A stretch of DNA of 14,212 nt from Candidatus Hodarchaeota archaeon (GCA_016840035.1 JAEOTC010000046.1:1-14212), one strand, 5' to 3'; shown: positions 1 through 7,620, numbered from the stretch's first letter. Program-made: numbers and translations. Notes: generated from the sequence alone by a model not told the origin.

Positions 1-1
1 A

Positions 2-115
2 TTCAGAGCAGATCTCATTGATTATGAACTGATAAATGTCATCAAACAATATTCAAGGATGTTCCATATCGAAATTTCACAGAAGCTAGCTTTAACAATT
101 ATAATGTATGTTTGA
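2..115 (+). CDS. Possible 3' end of an upstream gene (partial, unknown product)
   Basis: Frame +2 is open from the window edge to TGA at 113-115 (FRADLIDYELINVIKQYSRMFHIEISQKLALTIIMYV*). No recognisable motif. Confidence 0.25.
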   Translation, partial: FRADLIDYELINVIKQYSRMFHIEISQKLALTIIMYV

Positions 116-400
116 AGACGTTTGATTAAAATGTTGCATTACAGACGTTTTTCAGAACTGATAGGGTTTTATACTATGCAATACAAGAGTCTTTGTTTAA
201 CATTTTTTGAGTACAATTGCTGTTTAACAATATACATCAAATTTGATATTATTGAATTTAAATTCTTATAAAACTAAATCACCTACCAGAAAAACTAAGA
301 CTGATGGAGAATTTTTTGAAAGAAAACAGTTTTCACCTCTAATCAACCGTATAAGTTTTTCTTAAACACTACTAGTTTTTATTCTGGAGATAATAGAATA

Positions 401-985
401 ATGTCTGAAAAAAAAGTATTTATCGGTTTTGGAACTCGTTTCGGTGCAACTGAGGAAATTTCTCATAGAATTGCTGAACTGCTTGAAAATAGTGGGATTA
501 CAACGCAGGTGGAGAATTTACGAAAAAGTAAAAATCCGCCTTCTCCTCAAGAATTTGACGGAGTGATCATTGCGTCTGGAATGAAGATAAGTAAATGGAC
601 CAAAGAACCTAAAAAATACATTAAAAAGTATAGTGAAATGTTAAAAAACCCAAATAAGATTTTTGGAATGTTTGTCTGTTCGATACTTGCTGTTCAAGAT
701 TATGAACAAGCCAAAGAAGATTATCTTCAAAAAACACTTGAAAAATACAATATTCCAGACGATAAAAACCATATAGTTTATGATGCATTTGGAGGGGTTA
801 TGGACTTTAGCAAAGAAACAAATCTGAGATTATTTGATAAAAGAGCACTTCAAATGGCCGCAATGGGTATGGAAAAAGATTCAGAAGGTAAATTTCAATA
901 TGATCCGAATGGAAAGAATGATTTTCGGGATTGGGGAAAAATTACGGAATTTGCTACCAAATTCAAAGATATGCTATTAAGATAG
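401..985 (+). CDS. Flavodoxin-domain protein (Flavodoxin_5 / HemG-like family)
   Basis: N-terminal FMN phosphate loop FGTRFGATEEIS, then FDGVIIASG...KW, AFGG and C-terminal DFRDW, as in HemG-like flavodoxins. GGAGA RBS at 386-390. Confidence 0.85.
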   Translation: MSEKKVFIGFGTRFGATEEISHRIAELLENSGITTQVENLRKSKNPPSPQEFDGVIIASGMKISKWTKEPKKYIKKYSEMLKNPNKIFGMFVCSILAVQDYEQAKEDYLQKTLEKYNIPDDKNHIVYDAFGGVMDFSKETNLRLFDKRALQMAAMGMEKDSEGKFQYDPNGKNDFRDWGKITEFATKFKDMLLR

Positions 986-994
986 TGTGTACTT

Positions 995-2371
995 ATGAAA
1001 AAAATTGCATTTATAGGTGCTGGTTCACTGGTGTTTGGTGAAACCCTCCTTACAGATATTCTTACTTTTCCTACCCTTCGGGATGAGACTATCTTATGTC
1101 TTGAGGATTTAGATCCAAAAAGATTAGATCTAATGTATAGATACATGCAGAAATATCGTGAAGATAATCTCCCTGTCCTTGAAAATGTAATGATTGAGAA
1201 GACTACTAGTCAAAAAGAAGCTATTACTGATGCTAAATATATTATAAATGCAGTTCTTATTGGTGGCCTTGAGGTAGTGAAGCATGATTTAGAAATCCCC
1301 CTAAAATATGGTGTTACACAATGTGTAGGCGATACTATTGGCCCTGGTGGGGTTTTCCGCTTTTTAAGAACCACTTCGTTTTTTGAAAGTCTATTAGAGG
1401 ATATCAAAGATCATGGATATAATTCCGACGACTATGAAGGGTCAAAACCACTACTCTTAAACTATACAAACCCCATGGCAATGAATACTTGGTACTGCAA
1501 CACCTTATCCCCAGATTCGACTATTGGATTATGTCATGGGGTCTTTGGAACAGCTGCTGTTCTTGAAGCAGCCGTGCATCTTATGGATGTGAATCCACAA
1601 GCCTTCGATTACTTGTGTGCGGGAATAAACCACCTCGCTTGGTTTCTAAAAATCCAGTATATGGATTTAAATTCAGAATGGCATGATGCCTATCCTTTAA
1701 TTCAAGAAGCAAGTAAAACTCAATATTTTTTGACAGAAGTCGAGAAACTTCGTGTAGATATGATGAATGCAACAGGGTTTTTTATGACTGAATCATCAGG
1801 TCATTTAAGTGAATACCTTCCGTATTATCGAAAGCGTCCTGATTTATTAGAGAAGTATCGAGGAGACGGATTCTTTTCAGAGCTCGATCATGCTTTAGAT
1901 TATAAAGAGCAGAGAGAGGCCCAAAAGAATCTAGAAGACGAATTCAATGAAAAATTAAATCAAGATAGACTCTCACTCAAAGAAGTTCCTTCAGGGGAAT
2001 ATGCTCCACTAATTATTAATACCATGGAGAGTACAACCCCAGTCCGAATAAATGGTAATGTATTAAATAAAGATTACATTACTAATCTCCCACCCAACTG
2101 TTGTGTTGAAGTTCCGATCTTTTTTGATCGGTTGGGGCCCCATCCTCAAGGGGGAATCAAGCTCCCGACAATTTGTCAAGCTCTTTGTATGTCAAATATC
2201 ATGGTTCAGAAGCTGGCTGTCGAAGGAGCCCTTTCTCTCAATCGTGAGAAGATTTACCAGGCTGTACTGCTCGATCCAAACACTGCAAGTGTCTGCTCAC
2301 CCTCAGAGATACGTGCGATGGTCGATGAACTATTTGAAGTAGAAAAACAATGGCTTCCTCAATTTGAGTGA
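995..2371 (+). CDS. melA: Glycoside hydrolase family 4, NAD+/Mn2+-dependent alpha-galactosidase/alpha-glucosidase (MelA-like)
   Basis: Rossmann motif KIAFIGAGS, GDTIGPGG, NYTNPM, GLCHG (metal Cys), GINH, TESSGHLSEY and ITNLP..CVEVP are GH4 hallmarks. Exact substrate is not determinable from sequence. Confidence 0.92.
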   Translation: MKKIAFIGAGSLVFGETLLTDILTFPTLRDETILCLEDLDPKRLDLMYRYMQKYREDNLPVLENVMIEKTTSQKEAITDAKYIINAVLIGGLEVVKHDLEIPLKYGVTQCVGDTIGPGGVFRFLRTTSFFESLLEDIKDHGYNSDDYEGSKPLLLNYTNPMAMNTWYCNTLSPDSTIGLCHGVFGTAAVLEAAVHLMDVNPQAFDYLCAGINHLAWFLKIQYMDLNSEWHDAYPLIQEASKTQYFLTEVEKLRVDMMNATGFFMTESSGHLSEYLPYYRKRPDLLEKYRGDGFFSELDHALDYKEQREAQKNLEDEFNEKLNQDRLSLKEVPSGEYAPLIINTMESTTPVRINGNVLNKDYITNLPPNCCVEVPIFFDRLGPHPQGGIKLPTICQALCMSNIMVQKLAVEGALSLNREKIYQAVLLDPNTASVCSPSEIRAMVDELFEVEKQWLPQFE

Positions 2372-2373
2372 AA

Positions 2374-2398
2374 AGAAATTAATTTCTCCCTTTTTTTT
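2374..2398. terminator. Probable bidirectional terminator between convergent genes
   Basis: Perfect 14-bp palindrome AGAAATTAATTTCT (2374-2387) followed by CCC and T8 (2391-2398) on +. The minus strand reads TTTCTTTT out of the palindrome. Confidence 0.65.
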
Positions 2399-3113
2399 AT
2401 GATTTTGTTTCCCAACCTTTGTTCAGAACGTCTATATAAACATCTTGAGGTATTAATTCTTGGCTTATCGTTGAAAAGTATTTTTGAGATATTTTTCCTT
2501 GCTTAATAAGTTGATTTCCTGCTTTTTTGGCAGCAGCGTTTATATCATCAATGACACTCTCTTTACGCAATGGTACTAATGCGACTGAATGAGGCCTTAG
2601 TAACGCGCCAGCAAACTCCCTGTTAAAATTATTACAAAACGCTTTGAAATAAGTAATCATTGGGTCAAAATTCTCAATCTTCCACCAGGCAGCGCTAGAA
2701 ACAAAAACTACTTTTCCAAGTTTCACATCTTCTCTTAGTGGGTGCCGACAACGACCAGCGCGTAACTCAGTAAAAGGTTTCAACAAAGCAATCAATCGAT
2801 CTATTAATGTTTTCATTGATCCATTTATTCCATCACAATAGATTGGAGAAGCGAAAATCCATATGTCTGAATCTCGAAACTTGGGAAGGAGAACCTCCAT
2901 ATCATCCTTCTGGCTACATTTACCAGGTGTAGTGGTCCAACATTGGTAACATGAGCGGCAGAAATTGATCGTAAGATCTTTAGTATAAAATAGATCTAAG
3001 TCTGCTTTACTTTCACGAATCCCTTCAAGGAACGGTCTCAAGATATTAGCAGTCAGTCCTTCATTTTTACGGGGACTACTATTAATTGCGATAACTTTCA
3101 TAAAATTATTCAT
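2397..3113 (-). CDS. Iron-sulfur flavoprotein / NADPH-dependent FMN reductase family (Isf/WrbA-like)
   Basis: VIAINSSPRK.G.T FMN-binding start, CxxCxxC(x7)C..KDDM cluster motif (CRSCYQCWTTTPGKC), ASPIY and MKTLIDR. The ORF extends to TTG 3137; ATG 3113 or 3101 is the more likely start. Confidence 0.88.
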   Translation of the reverse strand: MNNFMKVIAINSSPRKNEGLTANILRPFLEGIRESKADLDLFYTKDLTINFCRSCYQCWTTTPGKCSQKDDMEVLLPKFRDSDIWIFASPIYCDGINGSMKTLIDRLIALLKPFTELRAGRCRHPLREDVKLGKVVFVSSAAWWKIENFDPMITYFKAFCNNFNREFAGALLRPHSVALVPLRKESVIDDINAAAKKAGNQLIKQGKISQKYFSTISQELIPQDVYIDVLNKGWETKS

Positions 3114-3139
3114 CTCGCATCTAAGGTTATAATACAATG

Positions 3140-3460
3140 TTAAACTTTTAGTTCGGCCCTAACTTCATAATGCTGAGAGCGTGCATCAAACCGAGAAAGT
3201 AATGCTCTTGCTTTAGGAGGAACAACTGCCAGCTCATAGTCCTCTCCTGCAAAAGCGCGAATGGCTTCTAATGAATCAAACCACATAATAGTAATGAATT
3301 CCACCTCATCCCCAGTTGTTGTACGACGAAAGAGATGAATTCCTTTATAACCAACAATCTGACGGTTCTCTATACCGTTGAAAATTTCGCTCTTGAGAAG
3401 TGATTCATATGCCTCAGCGTTCTCAAGCGAGGTCCAACCATGCCAAATGCGACTAATCAT
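3140..3460 (-). CDS. Antibiotic biosynthesis monooxygenase (ABM)-like dimeric alpha/beta-barrel protein
   Basis: MISRIWHGWT...AYE, EFITIMWFDSLEAIRAFAGEDYE.AVVPP.AR.LL.RFD...HYEV match a widespread bacterial ABM-like family. AAGGA RBS upstream. Confidence 0.8.
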   Translation of the reverse strand: MISRIWHGWTSLENAEAYESLLKSEIFNGIENRQIVGYKGIHLFRRTTTGDEVEFITIMWFDSLEAIRAFAGEDYELAVVPPKARALLSRFDARSQHYEVRAELKV

Positions 3461-3519
3461 GTGTAATTCCTTCTTACTAGGGTTTTACTTCAAATAATCT
3501 CCTTACAAATCTACGCATC

Positions 3520-4182
3520 TTATTGAATTACTTTCATCATTATTTTTCCTTCAGCTTTCCGAAGATGTTCCAAGACTGCAGCTTTAGAAATTCTAAATTC
3601 CTCCGCAAGTGCCTGTGTGGAAATCTTACGAGGGATCTCATAATATCCCGATTGTTTTGCTTTTATTAGAATTTCTTTCTGTCGTTCAGTTAAACCTGAT
3701 AATAAGCTCTCATCATTATATGTATGATTCTGAATCCTCAGGATGGTTAGATCTCCTATAAACTTTTTCACCAATGTCAAAAAAGATGATAACTCATCAT
3801 GTTCACCTAAAATCGAAAAAACCAAACGATCATTGTTTAAGTAAGCAGGAGTTTCGTAAAAAATATGATCCAAACCAAAAGGTGATAATTGTGACATTAA
3901 TGAGGGGTCGTATTGGATGTGGATTAGGACAAGGAATTTATTCTCATGATGAGCTAATACATTTAGGATTTTGGCAAAAGGAGGAAAAGGAATATCTTCT
4001 AATACATGTCCAGATTTCATAGTAAATTCGACAATGGCTATTTTTACTCCTTTCTGCATATCAATGTTCAAAAAAGATTTGGCCTCGACTCGATCAATCA
4101 AGGAAAGAACGGATGAGAAAAAATCAAGCGGAAATAAATTTCCAACAGTGGAAAAATCAATTTCTAAAGTAATTTTACGCAA
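3520..4182 (-). CDS. Bacterio-opsin-activator-type (HTH_10) transcriptional regulator
   Basis: C-terminal LTERQKEILIKAKQSGYYEIPRKISTQALAEEFRISKAAVLEHLRKAEGK is the archaeal HTH_10 signature. The ORF extends to 4209, but TTG 4182 (MRKITLEI) fits the TATA-like box at 4218-4225 better. Confidence 0.9.
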   Translation of the reverse strand: MRKITLEIDFSTVGNLFPLDFFSSVLSLIDRVEAKSFLNIDMQKGVKIAIVEFTMKSGHVLEDIPFPPFAKILNVLAHHENKFLVLIHIQYDPSLMSQLSPFGLDHIFYETPAYLNNDRLVFSILGEHDELSSFLTLVKKFIGDLTILRIQNHTYNDESLLSGLTERQKEILIKAKQSGYYEIPRKISTQALAEEFRISKAAVLEHLRKAEGKIMMKVIQ

Positions 4183-4217
4183 TATTCTAACCAAAAAAAC
4201 TTGAATCAACTCGTGTC

Positions 4218-4244
4218 TTTAAATACTACCTGCTCAGGCAAGCA
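4218..4244 (-). promoter_or_regulatory. TATA-like box and adjacent palindromic operator candidate for the HTH_10 operon
   Basis: TATTTAAA on minus (4225-4218), next to imperfect inverted repeat TACCTGC-TCAG-GCAAGCA (4227-4244), which also contains CCTG-CT-CAGG. Confidence 0.4.
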
Positions 4245-4292
4245 ATAGTTAAATCTAGTAGATAGGAAATCTATTCTTTACTAAGAAACAGT

Positions 4293-4316
4293 CACAGTGG
4301 CTCCCACAGTGGCTCC
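4293..4316. repeat. Exact 12-bp tandem duplication (CACAGTGGCTCC)x2
   Basis: Copies at 4293-4304 and 4305-4316, read directly from the sequence. Confidence 0.9.
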
Positions 4317-4333
4317 TTGATTCCTGATTCAAG

Positions 4334-4354
4334 AGTTAATAACTTATATTAACT
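4334..4354 (+). promoter_or_regulatory. TATA-like box embedded in an 8-bp inverted repeat upstream of the ABC ATPase
   Basis: AGTTAATA-ACTTA-TATTAACT, with TTATATTA at 4344-4351, about 45 nt before GTG 4397. Confidence 0.45.
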
Positions 4355-4396
4355 GGATAAAGCGCACACAATGTGATTATACACCGTTAGAAACAA

Positions 4397-5311
4397 GTGA
4401 AAGAATTGACGCAAGAGATTAAGATAGAAATTAAAGGATTAACAAAATATTATGGTAAAACTAGAGGAATAGAGAATTTGGATTTGGAAGTACAAAGTGG
4501 CGAAATATTTGGCTTTCTAGGTCCAAATGGAGCGGGGAAAACGACTACGATCCGCTGCATGATAAATACTCTCTTACCTACTAAAGGAGAAATTAAAATT
4601 TCAGGTGAGTTAGTTACGCGGGGAAATCCAAGGTTACGAGAGAAGATAGGTTATATCCCTGGCGAATTAGCGTTACCCGAATATTACACTGTTAATGAAT
4701 TCTTAAATTATATAGAAGCAATGCGTGGCAAGACAGCGACGAGACGACAAGAAATTATCGACAGATTCGATCTTAATTCGAACCTCAGGAAGAAAATTGG
4801 TGCTTTATCTAAAGGAAATAAGCAGAAAGTAGGTATTGTCGCGGGTTTTATGAATGATCCCGACGTATTAATCATGGATGAACCGACAGCGGGATTAGAT
4901 CCGTTACTCCAACAGGTAGTGTTCAAACTCCTTTTAGAATCGAAGAAAGAAGGAAAGACACTCTTTATGAGTTCTCACAATCTCGAAGAAGTTCAACGGG
5001 TATGTGATCGAGTTGGGATAGTTAATGACGGCTTTCTAATTAGTATCGAGGAAATTGATGACCTTAATAAGGATGTCCCCCGTATCTTGGAGGCACGTCT
5101 TCGAAATCCAGATGAAGCACGTCTTACTGAATTTGGTGATCGGCTTCTTGAGTTTCGAAAACACGATAATTTCGTTAGATTGTTAATTCGGATGGAGGAT
5201 TCGATTAAAGACAACATCGGAAGTCTCCTCGCTATGGATCCTGAAGAGCTGATTTATCCTCCTGCGAGCCTTGAAGAGTTCTTCCTGCAGTTCTATGAGG
5301 GGAAAAAATAG
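4397..5311 (+). CDS. ABC-2-type exporter ATP-binding protein
   Basis: Walker A GPNGAGKTT, signature variant LSKGNKQK, Walker B LIMDEPTAGLDP, H-loop SSH and C-terminal SLEEFFL. GTG start. Confidence 0.95.
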   Translation: MKELTQEIKIEIKGLTKYYGKTRGIENLDLEVQSGEIFGFLGPNGAGKTTTIRCMINTLLPTKGEIKISGELVTRGNPRLREKIGYIPGELALPEYYTVNEFLNYIEAMRGKTATRRQEIIDRFDLNSNLRKKIGALSKGNKQKVGIVAGFMNDPDVLIMDEPTAGLDPLLQQVVFKLLLESKKEGKTLFMSSHNLEEVQRVCDRVGIVNDGFLISIEEIDDLNKDVPRILEARLRNPDEARLTEFGDRLLEFRKHDNFVRLLIRMEDSIKDNIGSLLAMDPEELIYPPASLEEFFLQFYEGKK

Positions 5312-5322
5312 GTGAGTATGGG

Positions 5323-7059
5323 ATGACACTTCAATTCACAGTTCAGCGCTATTGGCTAAATTTTAGAAGGTATAGGACTTTTTCTTTTTTAATAGCTATT
5401 ATTTTTGCAATAGGAATTACTTTTCTTTGCATTATCTACCCAGGTCCTGAATTCTTTGATGCTTTTTATGGTATACCTATCTTTCAACTTCTTGTTGGAG
5501 AAATAGTTGATGTTGAAAATCCCGAATTACTCTTTTGGATTCTAATGGTGCTTTCTATAATCTTAAACCTCCTTTACTCAGTGATGGGAATATTTTTTGG
5601 TAGTAGAATTTTACCGTTTAATGAAAAAGATGGTAAAGAATTAATTTTTAGTACTGAGAAATCACCTCTCACGTATTTTTTGGAGAATTTATTGCTTATT
5701 ATTGTCTTAATTCTGCTTGTCGTGTTACCTGCGTATCTCGTAGGAGTAGGATTTCTGTTAACAGGCGGAGGTGGTGTGTCATCTTTTACTATCGCTTTTA
5801 TTCTTCCACTTTTTTTTGCATTCGTTGTAACAATGGTAACGAGTTTGGGATGTGCGATTTGGTCATCCACAAGGACTGGTTATGTCTTTGGCGGCATCTT
5901 TTTCATAGTGTCGTTTACTTTGGACATCTTACAACAAGAAATCGACTTCGTGAAAGATATCAACCTGATGACTCAAAGTAAAGCCTTTTTACACGCCATA
6001 GAGGGAACTTGGAATGAAGAATTCATCCTCAAATGTCTCTTTCTAAGCCTATTTCTCATTATCTTAACAATTTTCTTCTTATATCGAACAGATTACATCG
6101 AAACACGGTCAACCTACCAAGAAACGATTGGAAAAGAAGATAAGCGTGGGATAAAGGTTAGATTTTCTTTCATTCGAACTCCTGTAGAGTCGGTACTTTC
6201 ACGAATAGGTTGGAAATATCCTGCATTTCGAGATCAACTCCAATCTTCAGCTGGATTATTCCTGATTTATTCAGTTGTAACGTGCGCTCTACTAGCGTTG
6301 GTAGTTTTAGTTTATCCTGGAGATGCAGCTATGGCAGAGTTGTTTATAGGATTGGATATAATATTTGAATCTCCTATCATAGCAGCTTTTCTGTTTGGAC
6401 ATGGGTTGACTGCGACTCTTGAAGGATTCTTACTCTACAAAATCATGGCGTTTCATTGGGTTTACTACGGTCCATTTCTTTTCATTGCGACCTACAGTAT
6501 AATTATGCGCGATGATAATGCTGGATACGACGAAATCACTTGGTCAATGCCTCGTACTCGCACCTGGGTCATCATAGAAAGGACGATTGCCGCTCTTGTG
6601 TATCTCTGGATAATTATAATTGCAAATTTTGTGGTACTGTACGCTTGTGAAATTCTCCTTGGAACATATGCAGATATTGTGCTGACAGACTTTGGTGCAA
6701 CTAGTTTAACATTTATCTATTTAGGAATTGGTTATAGTCTTTTTCTCATTCTTTTCGTTGCTTTAGCTTCCATTCCCCATCCAAAATTTCTCTTAATTAC
6801 ACTGATAGTGGCTTTTCTAATAGCAGTTCTCATACCATTAATTTGGTTCATGAATCAAGAGATGTCATGGTTAGAGCAGCTAGATTTATCATGGCTTCTG
6901 TACCTTTCACCATTTTATTATTTTGATGTCGCAGGCATCCTGTTGAATGACATCAATCTCCTATTGGTAATTCCAGAAACTGTCGTTTATGGAGTAATAA
7001 TTATCGTATTCTTCGTTTCTATCATCAAATTCTGGACCCCAACGAGGGATATCATCTAA
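5323..7059 (+). CDS. ABC-2-type permease made of two fused homologous transmembrane domains
   Basis: About 12 hydrophobic segments in two similar halves (IIYPG/LVYPG; NEKDGKELIFSTEKS/DDNAGYDEITWSMPRT; RTDYI/TRDII). Follows the ATPase, with archaeal-type RBS AGGTGA at 5310-5315. Confidence 0.82.
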   Translation: MTLQFTVQRYWLNFRRYRTFSFLIAIIFAIGITFLCIIYPGPEFFDAFYGIPIFQLLVGEIVDVENPELLFWILMVLSIILNLLYSVMGIFFGSRILPFNEKDGKELIFSTEKSPLTYFLENLLLIIVLILLVVLPAYLVGVGFLLTGGGGVSSFTIAFILPLFFAFVVTMVTSLGCAIWSSTRTGYVFGGIFFIVSFTLDILQQEIDFVKDINLMTQSKAFLHAIEGTWNEEFILKCLFLSLFLIILTIFFLYRTDYIETRSTYQETIGKEDKRGIKVRFSFIRTPVESVLSRIGWKYPAFRDQLQSSAGLFLIYSVVTCALLALVVLVYPGDAAMAELFIGLDIIFESPIIAAFLFGHGLTATLEGFLLYKIMAFHWVYYGPFLFIATYSIIMRDDNAGYDEITWSMPRTRTWVIIERTIAALVYLWIIIIANFVVLYACEILLGTYADIVLTDFGATSLTFIYLGIGYSLFLILFVALASIPHPKFLLITLIVAFLIAVLIPLIWFMNQEMSWLEQLDLSWLLYLSPFYYFDVAGILLNDINLLLVIPETVVYGVIIIVFFVSIIKFWTPTRDII

Positions 7060-7193
7060 ATTGCTTCGTCTTAATCTAATAGACGTAATTTAACGGCTTT
7101 TCGATCCAAGGAATGATACTGACCTGCCAAGCTAAATATCCAAGAACGCTCCTTAAATTCTTATGAGAATATAGGATGTTCCTAGCTAATGGA

Positions 7194-7592
7194 TTATAAC
7201 CCAAGGGCAATAATAAAAAGGCAAAGACTTGCAATTAATGAAATTGGAGTCATGTACATCTTCTCTTGTCTACTTCTAGAAGTAACATTAGTCAGTGTGT
7301 TCAACGCTAAATAAAAAGCAAAAAACCATATGGCTAAGTTCATAAGATCGGGAATTGGAAATCCAGTGAGCCATTCCAACTTGAATGCAACAAACACCAT
7401 AGCTAAGATAAAGATAATGATGGCTACTCCACTCATAATCCTATAATTGGTGGGAAGAACCGCTTCTTGGCGTCCTCCATAAGCCATTTTGCCATAAGGT
7501 TTTCCAAGGGCCAATAAGAGTTGAAAAATACTCAGACCTGCGAAAATTACAATTGCAACTCCCGCAGCGAGTGTTGAAAGAACCATAACCAT
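7194..7592 (-). CDS. Conserved hypothetical 4-TM membrane protein
   Basis: Four hydrophobic helices. FQLLLALGKPYGKMAYGG...VLP..YR..S and N..SRS..EK...TP resemble a bacterial uncharacterised membrane family. GAGGA RBS upstream. Confidence 0.75.
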   Translation of the reverse strand: MVMVLSTLAAGVAIVIFAGLSIFQLLLALGKPYGKMAYGGRQEAVLPTNYRIMSGVAIIIFILAMVFVAFKLEWLTGFPIPDLMNLAIWFFAFYLALNTLTNVTSRSRQEKMYMTPISLIASLCLFIIALGL

Positions 7593-7620
7593 TATTATTT
7601 CCTCGTCGAATTAGTTGGGA

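Noticed and set aside
89-250. CRISPR array or replication origin from the 27-bp spaced repeats
   Set aside because: Repeats are only 8-9 bp with two copies each, there is no ORB-like G-string, and no cas or cdc6 gene lies in the window.
401-985. Naming the flavodoxin hemG (protoporphyrinogen oxidase)
   Set aside because: Family membership is clear, but no heme-pathway genes are nearby and archaea often carry several paralogues of unknown function.
895-2342. Short alternative-frame ORFs 895-1146, 1210-1407, 1581-1772 and 2103-2342
   Set aside because: They overlap the well-supported flavodoxin and GH4 genes and have no motifs; shadow ORFs.
3774-5870. Antisense ORFs 3774-4022, 3971-4204, 4708-4926, 4993-5217 and 5574-5870
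   Set aside because: They lie inside the HTH_10, ATPase or permease genes on the opposite strand and show no recognisable protein features.
7088-7137. Integron attC-like site (ATTTAAC ... GCTAAAT)
   Set aside because: One R box lacks the GTT/AAC core, the L boxes do not pair at canonical spacing, it is only 50 bp, and no integrase or second site is present.
7110-7150. SECIS-like AUGA...AA motif
   Set aside because: No helix II complementarity or matching GA quartet, and no adjacent gene has a credible in-frame Sec codon.
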